Shown here: one piece after another, positions 26,749 to 36,256 of the stretch
Layout: every line of letters begins with the position of its first letter
Numbering within the stretch: the first letter of the stretch is position 1
From: a virus
DNA: 64,000 nucleotides
IMG/VR virus record: IMGVR_UViG_3300027319_000002
Span: 12,403-76,402 of that record
Strand: one strand, 5' to 3'
Translations under genes and position numbers: made by a program
Notes under the pieces: generated by a model
The model's input: only the letters and a program-made list of their open reading frames with translations
The model's database searches: none
Told to the model about the DNA's origin: nothing

Positions 26749-26899
26749 CCACGCTGACCTGTACGACGTCTATGAGGCGTTGATCTTGGCCTACCCCGGT
26801 TGGACGTTGCAGGACGTGCGCGCCATGACCCCACGGGAGCGGCACTTTTTTGCCAGCCGGGCGGCCGAGCGCGCTGAGCGAAAGGCCTTGCGGCAGTGA
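26738..26899 (+). CDS. second tail chaperone frame (probably reached by frameshift)
   Basis: GWTLQDVRAMTPRER motif, no start codon with an RBS, stop overlaps the tape measure GTG. Confidence 0.6.
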   Translation, partial: FAVNHADLYDVYEALILAYPGWTLQDVRAMTPRERHFFASRAAERAERKALRQ

Positions 26900-29800
26900 A
26901 CAACACGCCACCCAACCCGCCGCCTGCCCAAACGCCGAACCCCACTCCGGCAACCCCGGCAGGTGTTCAGGCGTCCCCGCCGGGTGGTCAGGCACCTCCG
27001 GCCGGGCCGATGGCCAGGCTGCTCAACACCCACACCTTTACCCAGGCTGTGGGCCAGTTCGCGGCCACGGTCAACCGAATGTCAGGCGTCTACACGACGC
27101 TTAACCAGCGGCTGAACCAGCTGGTGGCCGCGCTCAACCGGCTGACCCAGGCGGGGGTGGGGGGCGCTGGTGCCCGGGTTGGCGCCGGGACCCCGGCGAC
27201 CCCAGGCGGTACCAACGGCGCTGCACCCGGGCACCAGATCACCATCAACGGGCAACCGATCGGACAGGCGGCCGGACAGGCCGCCGGTGGTGCAGCCCGC
27301 GGCGGCGGTGCGGGTGGTGGGCACGCTGGCGCCGGGGGCGGTGGCCCAACCCCAGCGAAATGGTCGTTTGAGAACGACATCTCCCCGATCGCGCCGGGCA
27401 AGTTCCAAAGGGCATGGGCCGCATGGACGGGCACCACCCCGCCCGCGTGGGGAACCAAATACACCAACTGGGATACCGGGTGGGCGGCAGCTCGGCAGTT
27501 CGCCAACGCCTTGGAGCGGATTGCCGAGCGGCAGGAACCTCTGCAGCACCAGGTCGGGCTCTTTAAGAGCTACATGTCCGTCTACCGGCCTCCGGGCATG
27601 TCGGAGACCGATTTCCGGGATCTGCTGCAGCAGACCACCATCGGATCGTCATCCGAATCACGGAGCCTGACCCAAGGCTGGCAGATCCTTCAGCGCAGCC
27701 AGGCCCGCGGGTATGGGCTGTCGGCGCTGGACAACATGCAGGCCACTATGGCCAAGGCCACGCTGGCCGGTGGCCCGTTCAACCCAACCGCTCAGTCCAT
27801 CGAGACCTTCGCCGCGGCGCTCGGCAACAACGCCCCTGGGGTGGGCGCGGCCAAGGTCATGGGCATGGTCGGGTCGATGATGTCCCCGACTGCCCGGTTG
27901 CGGTCGATGATGATGTACGCCGGGGACCCGGTCGGCCGCGATGGGAAGATCGTGGACCCGGCCGAATGGGCCAAGCGCATCCTCAAGGCCGTCTACCCCA
28001 AGCGGGGGCACGCATCCTCGGCGGAGGTTTTCGAGATAGACTTCGCCGAGTACGGTCCCGGTCGCCTGTACCTTAAGCAGGTCCTCGGCCGTGATGATGT
28101 GGAGCCGTTCGTCCGGATCCTTCGGCAGGTCCACAACGCCCTGTTGCAGGGCAAATCGACCGAGGATTTCGGCAAGCTCAACCTTGAGGCGTCCAAGGTC
28201 GGCACCGACTACGACAAGGCGCGGCAGCAGCTCAAGGAGAAGTACGGCAACGACCTGCTGATGGACACCTCGCTGATCAAGCAGAGGTCTGAGCTTGCCC
28301 GCGAGGCACAGCAGGTCACCAGCAACGAGGCGTGGCTGGATGCGGCCGAGACGATGACCAAGGCCACTGACCAGTTCAGCGCCGCGGTCTCCAGCTTCGT
28401 CAGCGCCCCGATCATCAAGGACGTTGTCGCCTGGGCCAAGAACCTGCTCCTGACGCTCAAACCGGCCCTGGACAACTCCGGCACGATCCTCGGTATCAAT
28501 GGTGCCGGACTGCTGAGTAGCCAGGGCCCTGAAGGGGGGTCGACCGCCTCCGCCGCGCCGCGGCTTCCCGCCACCGGTGCGGCCGGGCTGGCCGCCGCGG
28601 ATGCCGCCGCAGAACGCTCGTCTGCGCAGAAGAACAAGAAGGAGGACGAAAAGAGCCTCGGCGAGCAGATCGCTGAAGAGGCCCGGCGGTGGACCCGGAT
28701 GAGGGTCCGCTACACCATGTCCCCTAAGCGGATGTCGCCGGGCTATGCCGACTGCTCGAGTTTTGTCACCCGGGTTTACGCCAAGTTCGGATACGTCGTC
28801 GGGCCAACGACGGTCGAGCTTAACCGGCAGGGTGTTGAAGTTCCCCTCAGCGACTTGCAACCGGGTGACGTCCTGCTGTCGGGGTCACGCACCCAAGCGG
28901 GCGCCGCCGGGCACACCGGCATCTACGTCGGCAACGGCCGGTATGTGGATGCCAACTCCCGCCGTGGCGACCATGCGGTCCAAGAGCGCCCGATGAGCGG
29001 CCGTAGGTGGGACCGGGCCCGGAGAATCATCGGCGCTAAGAACGTCCGCCGTTCCAAGAAGGCCGCCCGGCTTGAGGAAAAGTACGGCGATTTCGCACCA
29101 GGTGTCGATTTCGCAAGCAACAACTGGGGTGGTGCCGATTTCGGTGGCGGCCAGTCCACCACCAGTGGGGGTAGCACCAGCAGCCCGGTCGTCATCGGCG
29201 GTGGCCTCGGTCTTGGCGCTCCTGGCACCAACTTCAGCGTCAGCGAGCTAGAGGCGCTTACCGCGCTTTTTTCTGGCGGCGGGGTTTCCGCCAGTGGGGG
29301 GATCTTTGGCCGCGGTACGGAGAGCGGTACCGACGGGGGTCAGGCCGACAACCCTGACCAGGAGAACCCCGGAGATGCGGCCACCGCCAAGACCCGCTCC
29401 ATCAATGGCACCACCGAGGATGAGGCGGTCTTCGGTCAAGATGACGGCAAAGAGAACCGAAATCCTCCCTATGGGCGGCGGAAGGGCGAGAAGTCGGACC
29501 CGGACAGCGTCAAGATCCCCAAGACCGGGTACTCCGGTCCGCGCGGAGAGCGCAACAAGCAAATCGCCAAGAGGTTGGCCGCCTCCTACGGGTGGGACAA
29601 AGGCCGGGACTGGCAGGCGCTGCTGGCGCTGTGGCAGAAGGAGTCCAGCTGGAACCACCTGGCCGTCAACCGCTCCTCCGGCGCCTACGGCATCCCTCAG
29701 GCCCTGCCCGCCAGCAAGATGGCCTCCGAGGGCAAGGACTGGCGCACCAACCCAGCGACCCAGATCAAGTGGGGCCTGAAGTACATCAAGCAGCGCTACT

Positions 29801-30183
29801 ACGACCCGGAGGCAGCCTGGGCGCACAGCGTGGACTTCGGCTGGTACGACAAGGGTGCCTGGGAGATTCCGCGGGATCACCTGGCCGTAGTCCACAAGGG
29901 CGAGATGATCATTCCCGCCCGGCAGGCGCAGACCATCCGCGAAGCCCTGGTCAGCGAAACCTTAAAGGAGGGCGGTAATCTCACCGGCGCCGCCGCGGTC
30001 GGCAAGACCGGCGGGTGCACCGTCAACCTGACCATCGAGTCCGGCGCGATCGTTGTTAACGCCAGTGGCGGCCGGATCGGCGAACAGACGGGACGCGAGA
30101 TCGTCGACGGCATTGTCCGTGAACTTAAGCGTCGGGACCTGTATGAGGCGATCGCGAAGGGAGGATACGATGCCCTATCCTGA
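26896..30183 (+). CDS. tape measure protein with NlpC/P60 and lytic transglycosylase domains
   Basis: DCSSFV...PGDVLL...GHTGIYVG (NlpC/P60); KESSWN...SSGAYGIPQALP (SLT). Confidence 0.88.
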   Translation: MNNTPPNPPPAQTPNPTPATPAGVQASPPGGQAPPAGPMARLLNTHTFTQAVGQFAATVNRMSGVYTTLNQRLNQLVAALNRLTQAGVGGAGARVGAGTPATPGGTNGAAPGHQITINGQPIGQAAGQAAGGAARGGGAGGGHAGAGGGGPTPAKWSFENDISPIAPGKFQRAWAAWTGTTPPAWGTKYTNWDTGWAAARQFANALERIAERQEPLQHQVGLFKSYMSVYRPPGMSETDFRDLLQQTTIGSSSESRSLTQGWQILQRSQARGYGLSALDNMQATMAKATLAGGPFNPTAQSIETFAAALGNNAPGVGAAKVMGMVGSMMSPTARLRSMMMYAGDPVGRDGKIVDPAEWAKRILKAVYPKRGHASSAEVFEIDFAEYGPGRLYLKQVLGRDDVEPFVRILRQVHNALLQGKSTEDFGKLNLEASKVGTDYDKARQQLKEKYGNDLLMDTSLIKQRSELAREAQQVTSNEAWLDAAETMTKATDQFSAAVSSFVSAPIIKDVVAWAKNLLLTLKPALDNSGTILGINGAGLLSSQGPEGGSTASAAPRLPATGAAGLAAADAAAERSSAQKNKKEDEKSLGEQIAEEARRWTRMRVRYTMSPKRMSPGYADCSSFVTRVYAKFGYVVGPTTVELNRQGVEVPLSDLQPGDVLLSGSRTQAGAAGHTGIYVGNGRYVDANSRRGDHAVQERPMSGRRWDRARRIIGAKNVRRSKKAARLEEKYGDFAPGVDFASNNWGGADFGGGQSTTSGGSTSSPVVIGGGLGLGAPGTNFSVSELEALTALFSGGGVSASGGIFGRGTESGTDGGQADNPDQENPGDAATAKTRSINGTTEDEAVFGQDDGKENRNPPYGRRKGEKSDPDSVKIPKTGYSGPRGERNKQIAKRLAASYGWDKGRDWQALLALWQKESSWNHLAVNRSSGAYGIPQALPASKMASEGKDWRTNPATQIKWGLKYIKQRYYDPEAAWAHSVDFGWYDKGAWEIPRDHLAVVHKGEMIIPARQAQTIREALVSETLKEGGNLTGAAAVGKTGGCTVNLTIESGAIVVNASGGRIGEQTGREIVDGIVRELKRRDLYEAIAKGGYDALS

Positions 30184-31267
30184 CCGGCGCGGCACAGAGC
30201 AGGAGCCTGCACCGGTCACCCTGCCTGGGCAGATCGAGCCGGTTTCCCCGGTCACCACCCCCTACGACCCGAACGTCTTCCAGCCTTTAGGTGATCTTGC
30301 CCCAGTCACGGACACCAACTCTAACCTGCCGTTCCACCCGTGGATTCGCGGCTATGACCTGAACGGTAATCCGGTGGAGTGGAGCCCGGGCGTCTATTCG
30401 ACGGTGCAGCGGGGGCACATCCGCTCCGACCCCGACTTCTACCGTGGGGAGTCGGATCCGACCGAGGTGCGAAAGCTGTACTTTTTGTACAACCCCAGCA
30501 CCTTCACCACCTCCTTCGGTGCAGAGTTCGACAACGAGGTCGCCATCGCCACCTACTACACCCGCAGAGACGGCGGCGAGGCGAGCCCGCCGACCGGCCC
30601 GCTGCAGCAGAGCCTGTCTTTCCAGCTGCTCTTCGACCGCACCTATGAGGTCAGCTACGCGCTGGCCGGGCAGTGGATGCATGAAGACCTGGCCATGGAA
30701 GGTGCATGGCGGGACGTGCGGGCCATGCTGGCGCTCGTTGACGCCCTGGACGACACCGTCGCCGACCCCTACCAGATGACCGCTAGCCAATTTTGGACCA
30801 AGGCGTTCGTCCCCCCGCCCTGCTTCATCCAGTTCGGCACCACCGACCGCGCACTGACCGTCTTCGGGATCATCACCGGGGTCGGAATCTCCTGGACGCA
30901 CTTTTCCCGGGAGATGATCCCCATCCGGGTCGGCATGCAGGTGGACGTGCAGATCATGCCGCGCAATCTTGAGGGTGGGACCCCGCCGCCCATTGATGCT
31001 GACAGCGGTAGCTCCTCTAGCTCCTCTGGTTCTTCTGGTTCTTCTGGTTCTGGCGGTGCGGGTCTTCGGCTTTCTGGCACGGCGGCACAGGCTAGAAGTA
31101 AGCAGATGGAGGAGTGGCTGCGGCAGAACGCTGCCATCAGGTCCGCCACCCGCACCCAGAACTCCTCGATGTCACTTTTCCAGCGGCAGAACTACAACCT
31201 TTATGCCCAGGTGGTCGGCGCACCGCAGTTGCCGCTCGTCGGACCGATCAACCCAAATGCCAGGTGA
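30170..31267 (+). CDS. baseplate hub / tube initiator protein
   Basis: FLYNPS, LSFQLLFDRT, ISWTHFS..MIP motifs; Ser-rich linker encoded by 9-bp tandem repeats near 31010-31060. Confidence 0.7.
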   Translation: MPYPDRRGTEQEPAPVTLPGQIEPVSPVTTPYDPNVFQPLGDLAPVTDTNSNLPFHPWIRGYDLNGNPVEWSPGVYSTVQRGHIRSDPDFYRGESDPTEVRKLYFLYNPSTFTTSFGAEFDNEVAIATYYTRRDGGEASPPTGPLQQSLSFQLLFDRTYEVSYALAGQWMHEDLAMEGAWRDVRAMLALVDALDDTVADPYQMTASQFWTKAFVPPPCFIQFGTTDRALTVFGIITGVGISWTHFSREMIPIRVGMQVDVQIMPRNLEGGTPPPIDADSGSSSSSSGSSGSSGSGGAGLRLSGTAAQARSKQMEEWLRQNAAIRSATRTQNSSMSLFQRQNYNLYAQVVGAPQLPLVGPINPNAR

Positions 31268-31273
31268 TGGACC

Positions 31274-31537
31274 ATGACCAGCAGATATGAGGGATTCGAC
31301 ACCGAAACCCGGGTCTGGCGCGGGCGCATGATCCGCGGGCTGCAGCTCCGCCCACCGCGGACGTGGGCGTTCGCATACGCCGACGTGACCGTCACCGACG
31401 ATGACCGGTGGGACCTGCTTGCCGACAAATACCTCGGCGACCCCTACCGGTGGTGGGAGATGGCCGATGCCAACCCCGAAATCTTCTGGTGGGGAGATCT
31501 AGAGCCAGGAACCCGGATCCGGATGCCCTATGTCTAA
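31274..31537 (+). CDS. LysM-like baseplate protein (P2 gpX-like)
   Basis: DRWDLLADKYLGDP..WW..ADANP...LEPGTRIRMP. Confidence 0.85.
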   Translation: MTSRYEGFDTETRVWRGRMIRGLQLRPPRTWAFAYADVTVTDDDRWDLLADKYLGDPYRWWEMADANPEIFWWGDLEPGTRIRMPYV

Positions 31538-32681
31538 GACGAGGCTTGTCTACGAGCTGTACATCAACGAAACGAAGGTCAACCCCCAGCCGTTCGATGT
31601 GGTGATCGAGCCGGGGATCGGCAAGATCAGTGTGGTCACGGCCAAGCTGTTCTTCTCCGGGCCTGACCAGATCCGCCGCCGGATGGAGTACCCGAAGCAC
31701 GGCACCCCGGTCCGCCTGGTGTGGGGGCGCCGCCCGAAGATCCGCACCTGGTACGGGTACATCCACCACACCCAGCCCACCACCGGTGAGCCGCAGGCCC
31801 TGTATGGGGGCCTGGTCGCCACCTACGTCATGGTCGGCACCGGGCAAGGGCTGATTATGGAGCGGACGAGGGATTGGCGGCAGATCACCGATTCTGGTAT
31901 CGCCAAGCAGATCGCCCAGGAGTATGGGCTTTCCTTCGTCGGCCACCGCACCAGGAAGGTGCACGATTACCTCTACCAGCCGGGCATCTCCGACTTCTCC
32001 TGGCTGAAGCAGCGGGCTGAGAAGTCCTCCCGCGTGCTCCACATCGAAAACGGAACCTTATACTTCGTCGATCCCGCCTCGCTGGCGATGGCCACCCGGT
32101 CCAATCCACTGACCGTCCGGATGGACCGGGTCAAGGAGCACGATGACTGGGTGCTGGACGTGCGCCCGCTGCACGGGTCGCTGGTGCCGATTTCCGGCAA
32201 GCAGGCAAACCGGCAGCTCACTGGCATTGACTACGCCAGTAACCAGCTGCTGAAAGCCAAATCCCCGGCGAGCGAGCCCGCCCCGGAGTGGGTCGCCAGA
32301 AACCGTGAGATCGCCTCGGTCACCGACCTGTACATTGACGCCGAGGCGCTGGCGATTGCCAACGAGCAGTGGCTGAAGGCCGATGTGGACATGATCGGCG
32401 AGCCGGATGCGATCCCCGGGAACCTGCTCGACCTTCAAGGGGAAGCGGTCAAACCGGAGCTGACCGGAGTGTGGATGGTCACCGAAGCCCGGCACCACCT
32501 GCACTTGAAGGATCCCAGCGCAGTCGGTGCCGCGGCCACCTACTACGCCACCGCGACCGTCTCCCGTAACAGCTCCGACGCGCTGATCTTGCGGGACAGG
32601 AGCCTGCCGCGGGTGGATGATGCCTGCACCCTGATGGGCGGCCGGTGGGTGGCCGCCAATCGGAGGGACGTGCTGCTTTGA
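31530..32681 (+). CDS. baseplate hub protein (gpD/VgrG-like); stop codon lies in the inserted element
   Basis: DSGIAKQIAQEYGL, Q.GISDFSWL..RA, GVWMVTEARH. Confidence 0.8.
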   Translation: MSKTRLVYELYINETKVNPQPFDVVIEPGIGKISVVTAKLFFSGPDQIRRRMEYPKHGTPVRLVWGRRPKIRTWYGYIHHTQPTTGEPQALYGGLVATYVMVGTGQGLIMERTRDWRQITDSGIAKQIAQEYGLSFVGHRTRKVHDYLYQPGISDFSWLKQRAEKSSRVLHIENGTLYFVDPASLAMATRSNPLTVRMDRVKEHDDWVLDVRPLHGSLVPISGKQANRQLTGIDYASNQLLKAKSPASEPAPEWVARNREIASVTDLYIDAEALAIANEQWLKADVDMIGEPDAIPGNLLDLQGEAVKPELTGVWMVTEARHHLHLKDPSAVGAAATYYATATVSRNSSDALILRDRSLPRVDDACTLMGGRWVAANRRDVLL

Positions 32682-32857
32682 CTTCCTCCCCTCCCTGAAG
32701 GGAGGGGATTCCAACCCTCACGGGTTGGGTTTCCTGCTTCACAGGCGACTGCCGTCGCACACCCGAAGGTGTGCGACCGGCCTTACGTGGCCTCCACAGG
32801 CATCACATCCCGCCAGCCCGGCGGTAGGCCCGCCAGGCGATAACAAGCCTGGCGGGC
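32660..32857 (-). ncRNA. orphan omegaRNA-like guide RNA (approximate)
   Basis: Extended -10 TGcTATCTT at 32872-32864; several perfect hairpins; shares CCGCCGGGCTGGCGG and CTGTGAAGC with the tnpB 3' end. Confidence 0.6.
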
Positions 32858-32933
32858 GATATAAAGATAGCACAGCTTCGAAGGGATCCGATTCCTCCCC
32901 CGCCTAAAGGCGGGGGTCTCCTCGGAGGTACCG
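32678..32933 (-). mobile_element. 256-bp non-autonomous IS200/IS605 element (left end, promoter, omegaRNA-like scaffold, right end)
   Basis: Ends GAAGTCAA like the tnpB element; retains tnpB 3' sequence; removal restores CTG CTA TGA with an ATGA stop/start overlap. Confidence 0.88.
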
Positions 32934-33605
32934 ATGAGAGAACACAACGGGCTCTACCGCGGGATCGTCGTTTCCAACGCCGACCCTGAAGGCAAGATGA
33001 GGATCACCGCCCAGGTGCCGGACGTGCTGGGGGAGACGGTCTCCAATTGGGCGCTCCCGGCCACCATCATCGACGGCCCGCCCGAGCCGGGGGAGGCGGT
33101 GTGGATCCAATACCCGAATGGGGATTTCCGCTACCCGGTCTACCACCGCTTCCACGACCCGAAAAAGGGCCGCATCATCCCCGGGAATTCCCAGCTGGCC
33201 GTCGACGGACCCGGCGCTGCGGGGATCGTGTTGGATTCCAACGTCCACGCCCGCAAATCCAGCGGCGGGTATGTGGAGGTGCACGCCGCCGATTTCATCA
33301 AGGTCTCCTCCCAGCGGCTGAAGACCGACATCCGCAACCTGGATTTCGACCCGGTGCAGGCCGTCCAGAACGCCCCCGCTTACCGGTGGCGGCGCCTGGT
33401 CGACGGCCGGGAAGGCATCGGGCCATTGCGTGAAGACCTACCCGCGGTCACCCACGTCGGCGCATCGCACGTCTCCGAGGGAAGCCTGGTCGGAATTCTC
33501 TGGGAAGCGGTAAGACAGCTTTCCAAAAGGGTTGCGGATCTGGAGCATGAACTCTCCATTCTAAAGAATGACGCGGCTCCAAATACACTGGAAAACGACG
33601 TGTGA
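32934..33605 (+). CDS. baseplate spike (gp5 OB-fold) with peptidase-S74-like chaperone tail
   Basis: GLYRGIVVSNADPEGKMRI..QVP..G....WA; SSQRLKTDIR. Confidence 0.85.
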   Translation: MREHNGLYRGIVVSNADPEGKMRITAQVPDVLGETVSNWALPATIIDGPPEPGEAVWIQYPNGDFRYPVYHRFHDPKKGRIIPGNSQLAVDGPGAAGIVLDSNVHARKSSGGYVEVHAADFIKVSSQRLKTDIRNLDFDPVQAVQNAPAYRWRRLVDGREGIGPLREDLPAVTHVGASHVSEGSLVGILWEAVRQLSKRVADLEHELSILKNDAAPNTLENDV

Positions 33606-33633
33606 ATTTTTGCCGAGATGACAGGAGGTGCTT

Positions 33634-34065
33634 TTGGAAGCCGCGTCTCCTGTAGCGCCCGATCTGCCGTTCCGGATTGACCCAACCACCGGTCAGGTCG
33701 TTGTCACGACCGACGTCAACCGGCAGATCCGGCAGCGGCTGATCGGCATCATCGGCACCAATCCCGGCGAACGCGTCATGCGACCCAGGATCGGCGTTGG
33801 CGTGGCGAGGATGGTCTTCGAGCCTGACCCCGCCCAGGTCACCGCCGAGCTATCGGTGAAGGTTTCCGACCAGGCCGCGCAGTACGAGCCGAGTGTGCAC
33901 GTCCGGCGCATCATCCCGTACCCCAACGCACGCAAGGGGGAAGCCCTGCTGGATGTGGAGTACGTCCGCCGGGACACCCCCAGCGCTGGCACGGCCGGGT
34001 CCCGCTACATCCACCGGGCGGCCATCGGTGCCGGTGGCGTGATCGCGGAGGTACGTGGTGGCTGA
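33634..34065 (+). CDS. baseplate wedge gp25-like protein
   Basis: TNPGERVMRP..G, FEP, YEP.V motifs. Confidence 0.85.
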   Translation: MEAASPVAPDLPFRIDPTTGQVVVTTDVNRQIRQRLIGIIGTNPGERVMRPRIGVGVARMVFEPDPAQVTAELSVKVSDQAAQYEPSVHVRRIIPYPNARKGEALLDVEYVRRDTPSAGTAGSRYIHRAAIGAGGVIAEVRGG

Positions 34066-35536
34066 GATCTCACTCGACTACACCGCTCGGGATTTCGATG
34101 CGGTCATCCAGGAACTAGTCCGCCAAGCCCAGCAGGTCATTCCCAACTGGGAGCCACGGGGCGAGGGCGACTTCGTCCTCATGCTGCTGCAGACCATGGC
34201 GGCGGCCGTAGACCTGAGCAACTACTACGTGGACCGCGTGCTAGGGGAGTCGACCCTGGCCACCGCCACCACCCGCTCATCAGTGCTCGCGCTGGCCGAG
34301 CAGCTCGGCTACATCGCCCACGGCGCCATCGCCGCCAAGGCTGAGGTGACACTGGTCGTCGAGTCCGCCAACGGAAACGACATCACCGTACCGCGCGGCA
34401 CCAAGTTCCTCACCAACTACCAGGAAGCCGTCGATGGGCCGGTCGCTTTCGAGCTGGACGAAGACGTGGTCGTGCCCGGCAACGGTGACCCCGTCACCGT
34501 CACCGTCACCGAGGGGCAGACCATCGCCCCCTACCAGGCCGCCGTCGGCACCGGGGAGGCGCACCAGGTGCTCACACTCCCCAACTATGGCATCATCGAG
34601 GGCTCGGTCCGGGTGTGGGTGGAGGCCCCGCACGCCAATATTGAGTGGATCAGGATCCCGCGCCTGATCGATGCTGGACCCGATGACCGGGTGTTCATCA
34701 CCCGCCTGCTGCCCAACGGGTCCACGGCGATCATGTTCGGAGATGGGATCACCGGGCGCATCCCCGAGCTGGGTGCCAAGATCTATGTCTCCTACCGGGT
34801 CGGAGTCGGCCGCGCGGGCAACGTCGGCCCTGGAACGATCCAATACATCGCCTCCGACACCGTGACCGGAGTGCGGATTGCCCGGGATGCGGCCGGTCGG
34901 GCGATGTCCACCGCGGCCACCGGCGGATCGGACCCGGAGGACTCCGATGAGATCCGCCGCAACGCCCCGCAGGCCTTCGCCGCCCAATACCGGTGTGTCA
35001 GCACGGAGGACTTCGCCCGGCTCGCGCTCGAGGTGCCCGGCGTCAGCGCCGCCAAGGCCGTTTCCGCCCGCAGCGGCTCGGTCACCGTCTTCATCGCCGG
35101 GCCGGACCGCTCCACCCCCAACGCAGACCTGATCGCCACCACCCAAGAGCACCTACAAGCCCACGCCCTGGCCGGGACCAAGGTCAGCGTCTCCGGGCCG
35201 ACCTTCGTCAAGGTCAATTTCGGCACCGAGCAGAACCCGCTCCGGGTGCACGTGGCGCCGGGGTGGCGTGACATCCTCGTCAAGGCCACCGTTGAGGCCG
35301 AGCTGGCCAAGATCTTCCGCGCTGATGAGGTGACCTTCGGCACCCGGGTCACCCTCGCCCAGATCTACACCCGGCTGTCGGCCCTACCCGGGGTGATCAA
35401 CGTGAACATCCCGCTGATGGCCCGGGAGGACGCCCCCCAGGTCGGCGCCGACGACGCGGTGATGGAGCCGTATGAGATGCCGGTGCTGGGGGATGTGCAC
35501 ATCGCCACGGTGGGCGGCGTCATCACCCCCGTGTAA
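34058..35536 (+). CDS. baseplate J-like wedge protein
   Basis: DYTARDFDA, ATTRSSVL.LA.QLGY, GGSDPE..DEIR.NAP, R.VS.EDF. Confidence 0.9.
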   Translation: MAEISLDYTARDFDAVIQELVRQAQQVIPNWEPRGEGDFVLMLLQTMAAAVDLSNYYVDRVLGESTLATATTRSSVLALAEQLGYIAHGAIAAKAEVTLVVESANGNDITVPRGTKFLTNYQEAVDGPVAFELDEDVVVPGNGDPVTVTVTEGQTIAPYQAAVGTGEAHQVLTLPNYGIIEGSVRVWVEAPHANIEWIRIPRLIDAGPDDRVFITRLLPNGSTAIMFGDGITGRIPELGAKIYVSYRVGVGRAGNVGPGTIQYIASDTVTGVRIARDAAGRAMSTAATGGSDPEDSDEIRRNAPQAFAAQYRCVSTEDFARLALEVPGVSAAKAVSARSGSVTVFIAGPDRSTPNADLIATTQEHLQAHALAGTKVSVSGPTFVKVNFGTEQNPLRVHVAPGWRDILVKATVEAELAKIFRADEVTFGTRVTLAQIYTRLSALPGVINVNIPLMAREDAPQVGADDAVMEPYEMPVLGDVHIATVGGVITPV

Positions 35537-35545
35537 GGAGGCCTG

Positions 35546-36256
35546 GTGACCGCGTCCTACCCCTCAAGCATCCGCACCTGGCCGACCCGGCTGGATTGGA
35601 AGAACATCCTGTGGGCCGCCCACGTCAACGACCTGCAAGAAGAAGTCGACGCCACCCAGCGCACCCTTGGCCTTACCCCACACATCAGCCGGGCTGACCC
35701 CGGCGGGCTAACCCGCGACTACGGCACCGTGGAGGCGCGGATGACCGCACACGCCCGCGGGGAGGCCCTGCCGTTCTTCCGCGCCCAGGCGATCGAGCTG
35801 GTCACCTACCCCGGCGAGTGGACACCGGTGCCGATCACCGCAGCCGAGGCGATACTGGCCGACCCCTTCCGCATGGCCGACGGCTCGGGCGTGCGCCTGA
35901 ATGCCCATGGGCTTTGGGTGATACACGCCCGCACCGAGTGGCAGGCAACCGGCTACACGCTGCTGAACCAAGCCCGGCGCATGCTGCGAGTGCTCATCAA
36001 CGGCTCCGATGTGGGGCTTTCGGACTACACCGGGGAAGACGCCCGCAACTCCTTCACCCTGCACAACCAGGTCTCCTGGCAGGAGGTCCTTCCCCGCGGC
36101 ACCACCATCACCGTGCAGGTAAGAACGGACCTCGACGATGCCCCCTCCCACGAGCTGAAGGTCAACGTCGACCTCAGGCTGTACCTGGTGCGGTGCGTAG
36201 ACGAGGTGCCCGCCCAAGGCAAGATCGTCAACCCTGCGGACCTGGTAGGTGTTTGA
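35546..36256 (+). CDS. virion protein, paralog 1 of a three-member family
   Basis: YP...HVNDLQEE...Q.TLG..P..DPG..RDYGTV..R module. Confidence 0.75.
   Translation: MTASYPSSIRTWPTRLDWKNILWAAHVNDLQEEVDATQRTLGLTPHISRADPGGLTRDYGTVEARMTAHARGEALPFFRAQAIELVTYPGEWTPVPITAAEAILADPFRMADGSGVRLNAHGLWVIHARTEWQATGYTLLNQARRMLRVLINGSDVGLSDYTGEDARNSFTLHNQVSWQEVLPRGTTITVQVRTDLDDAPSHELKVNVDLRLYLVRCVDEVPAQGKIVNPADLVGV

Noticed and set aside
30990-31070. 9-bp tandem repeats (GCTCCTCTA/GTTCTTCTG) as a contingency locus
   Set aside because: The unit length is a multiple of three and encodes a Ser/Gly linker, so slippage would not switch frame.
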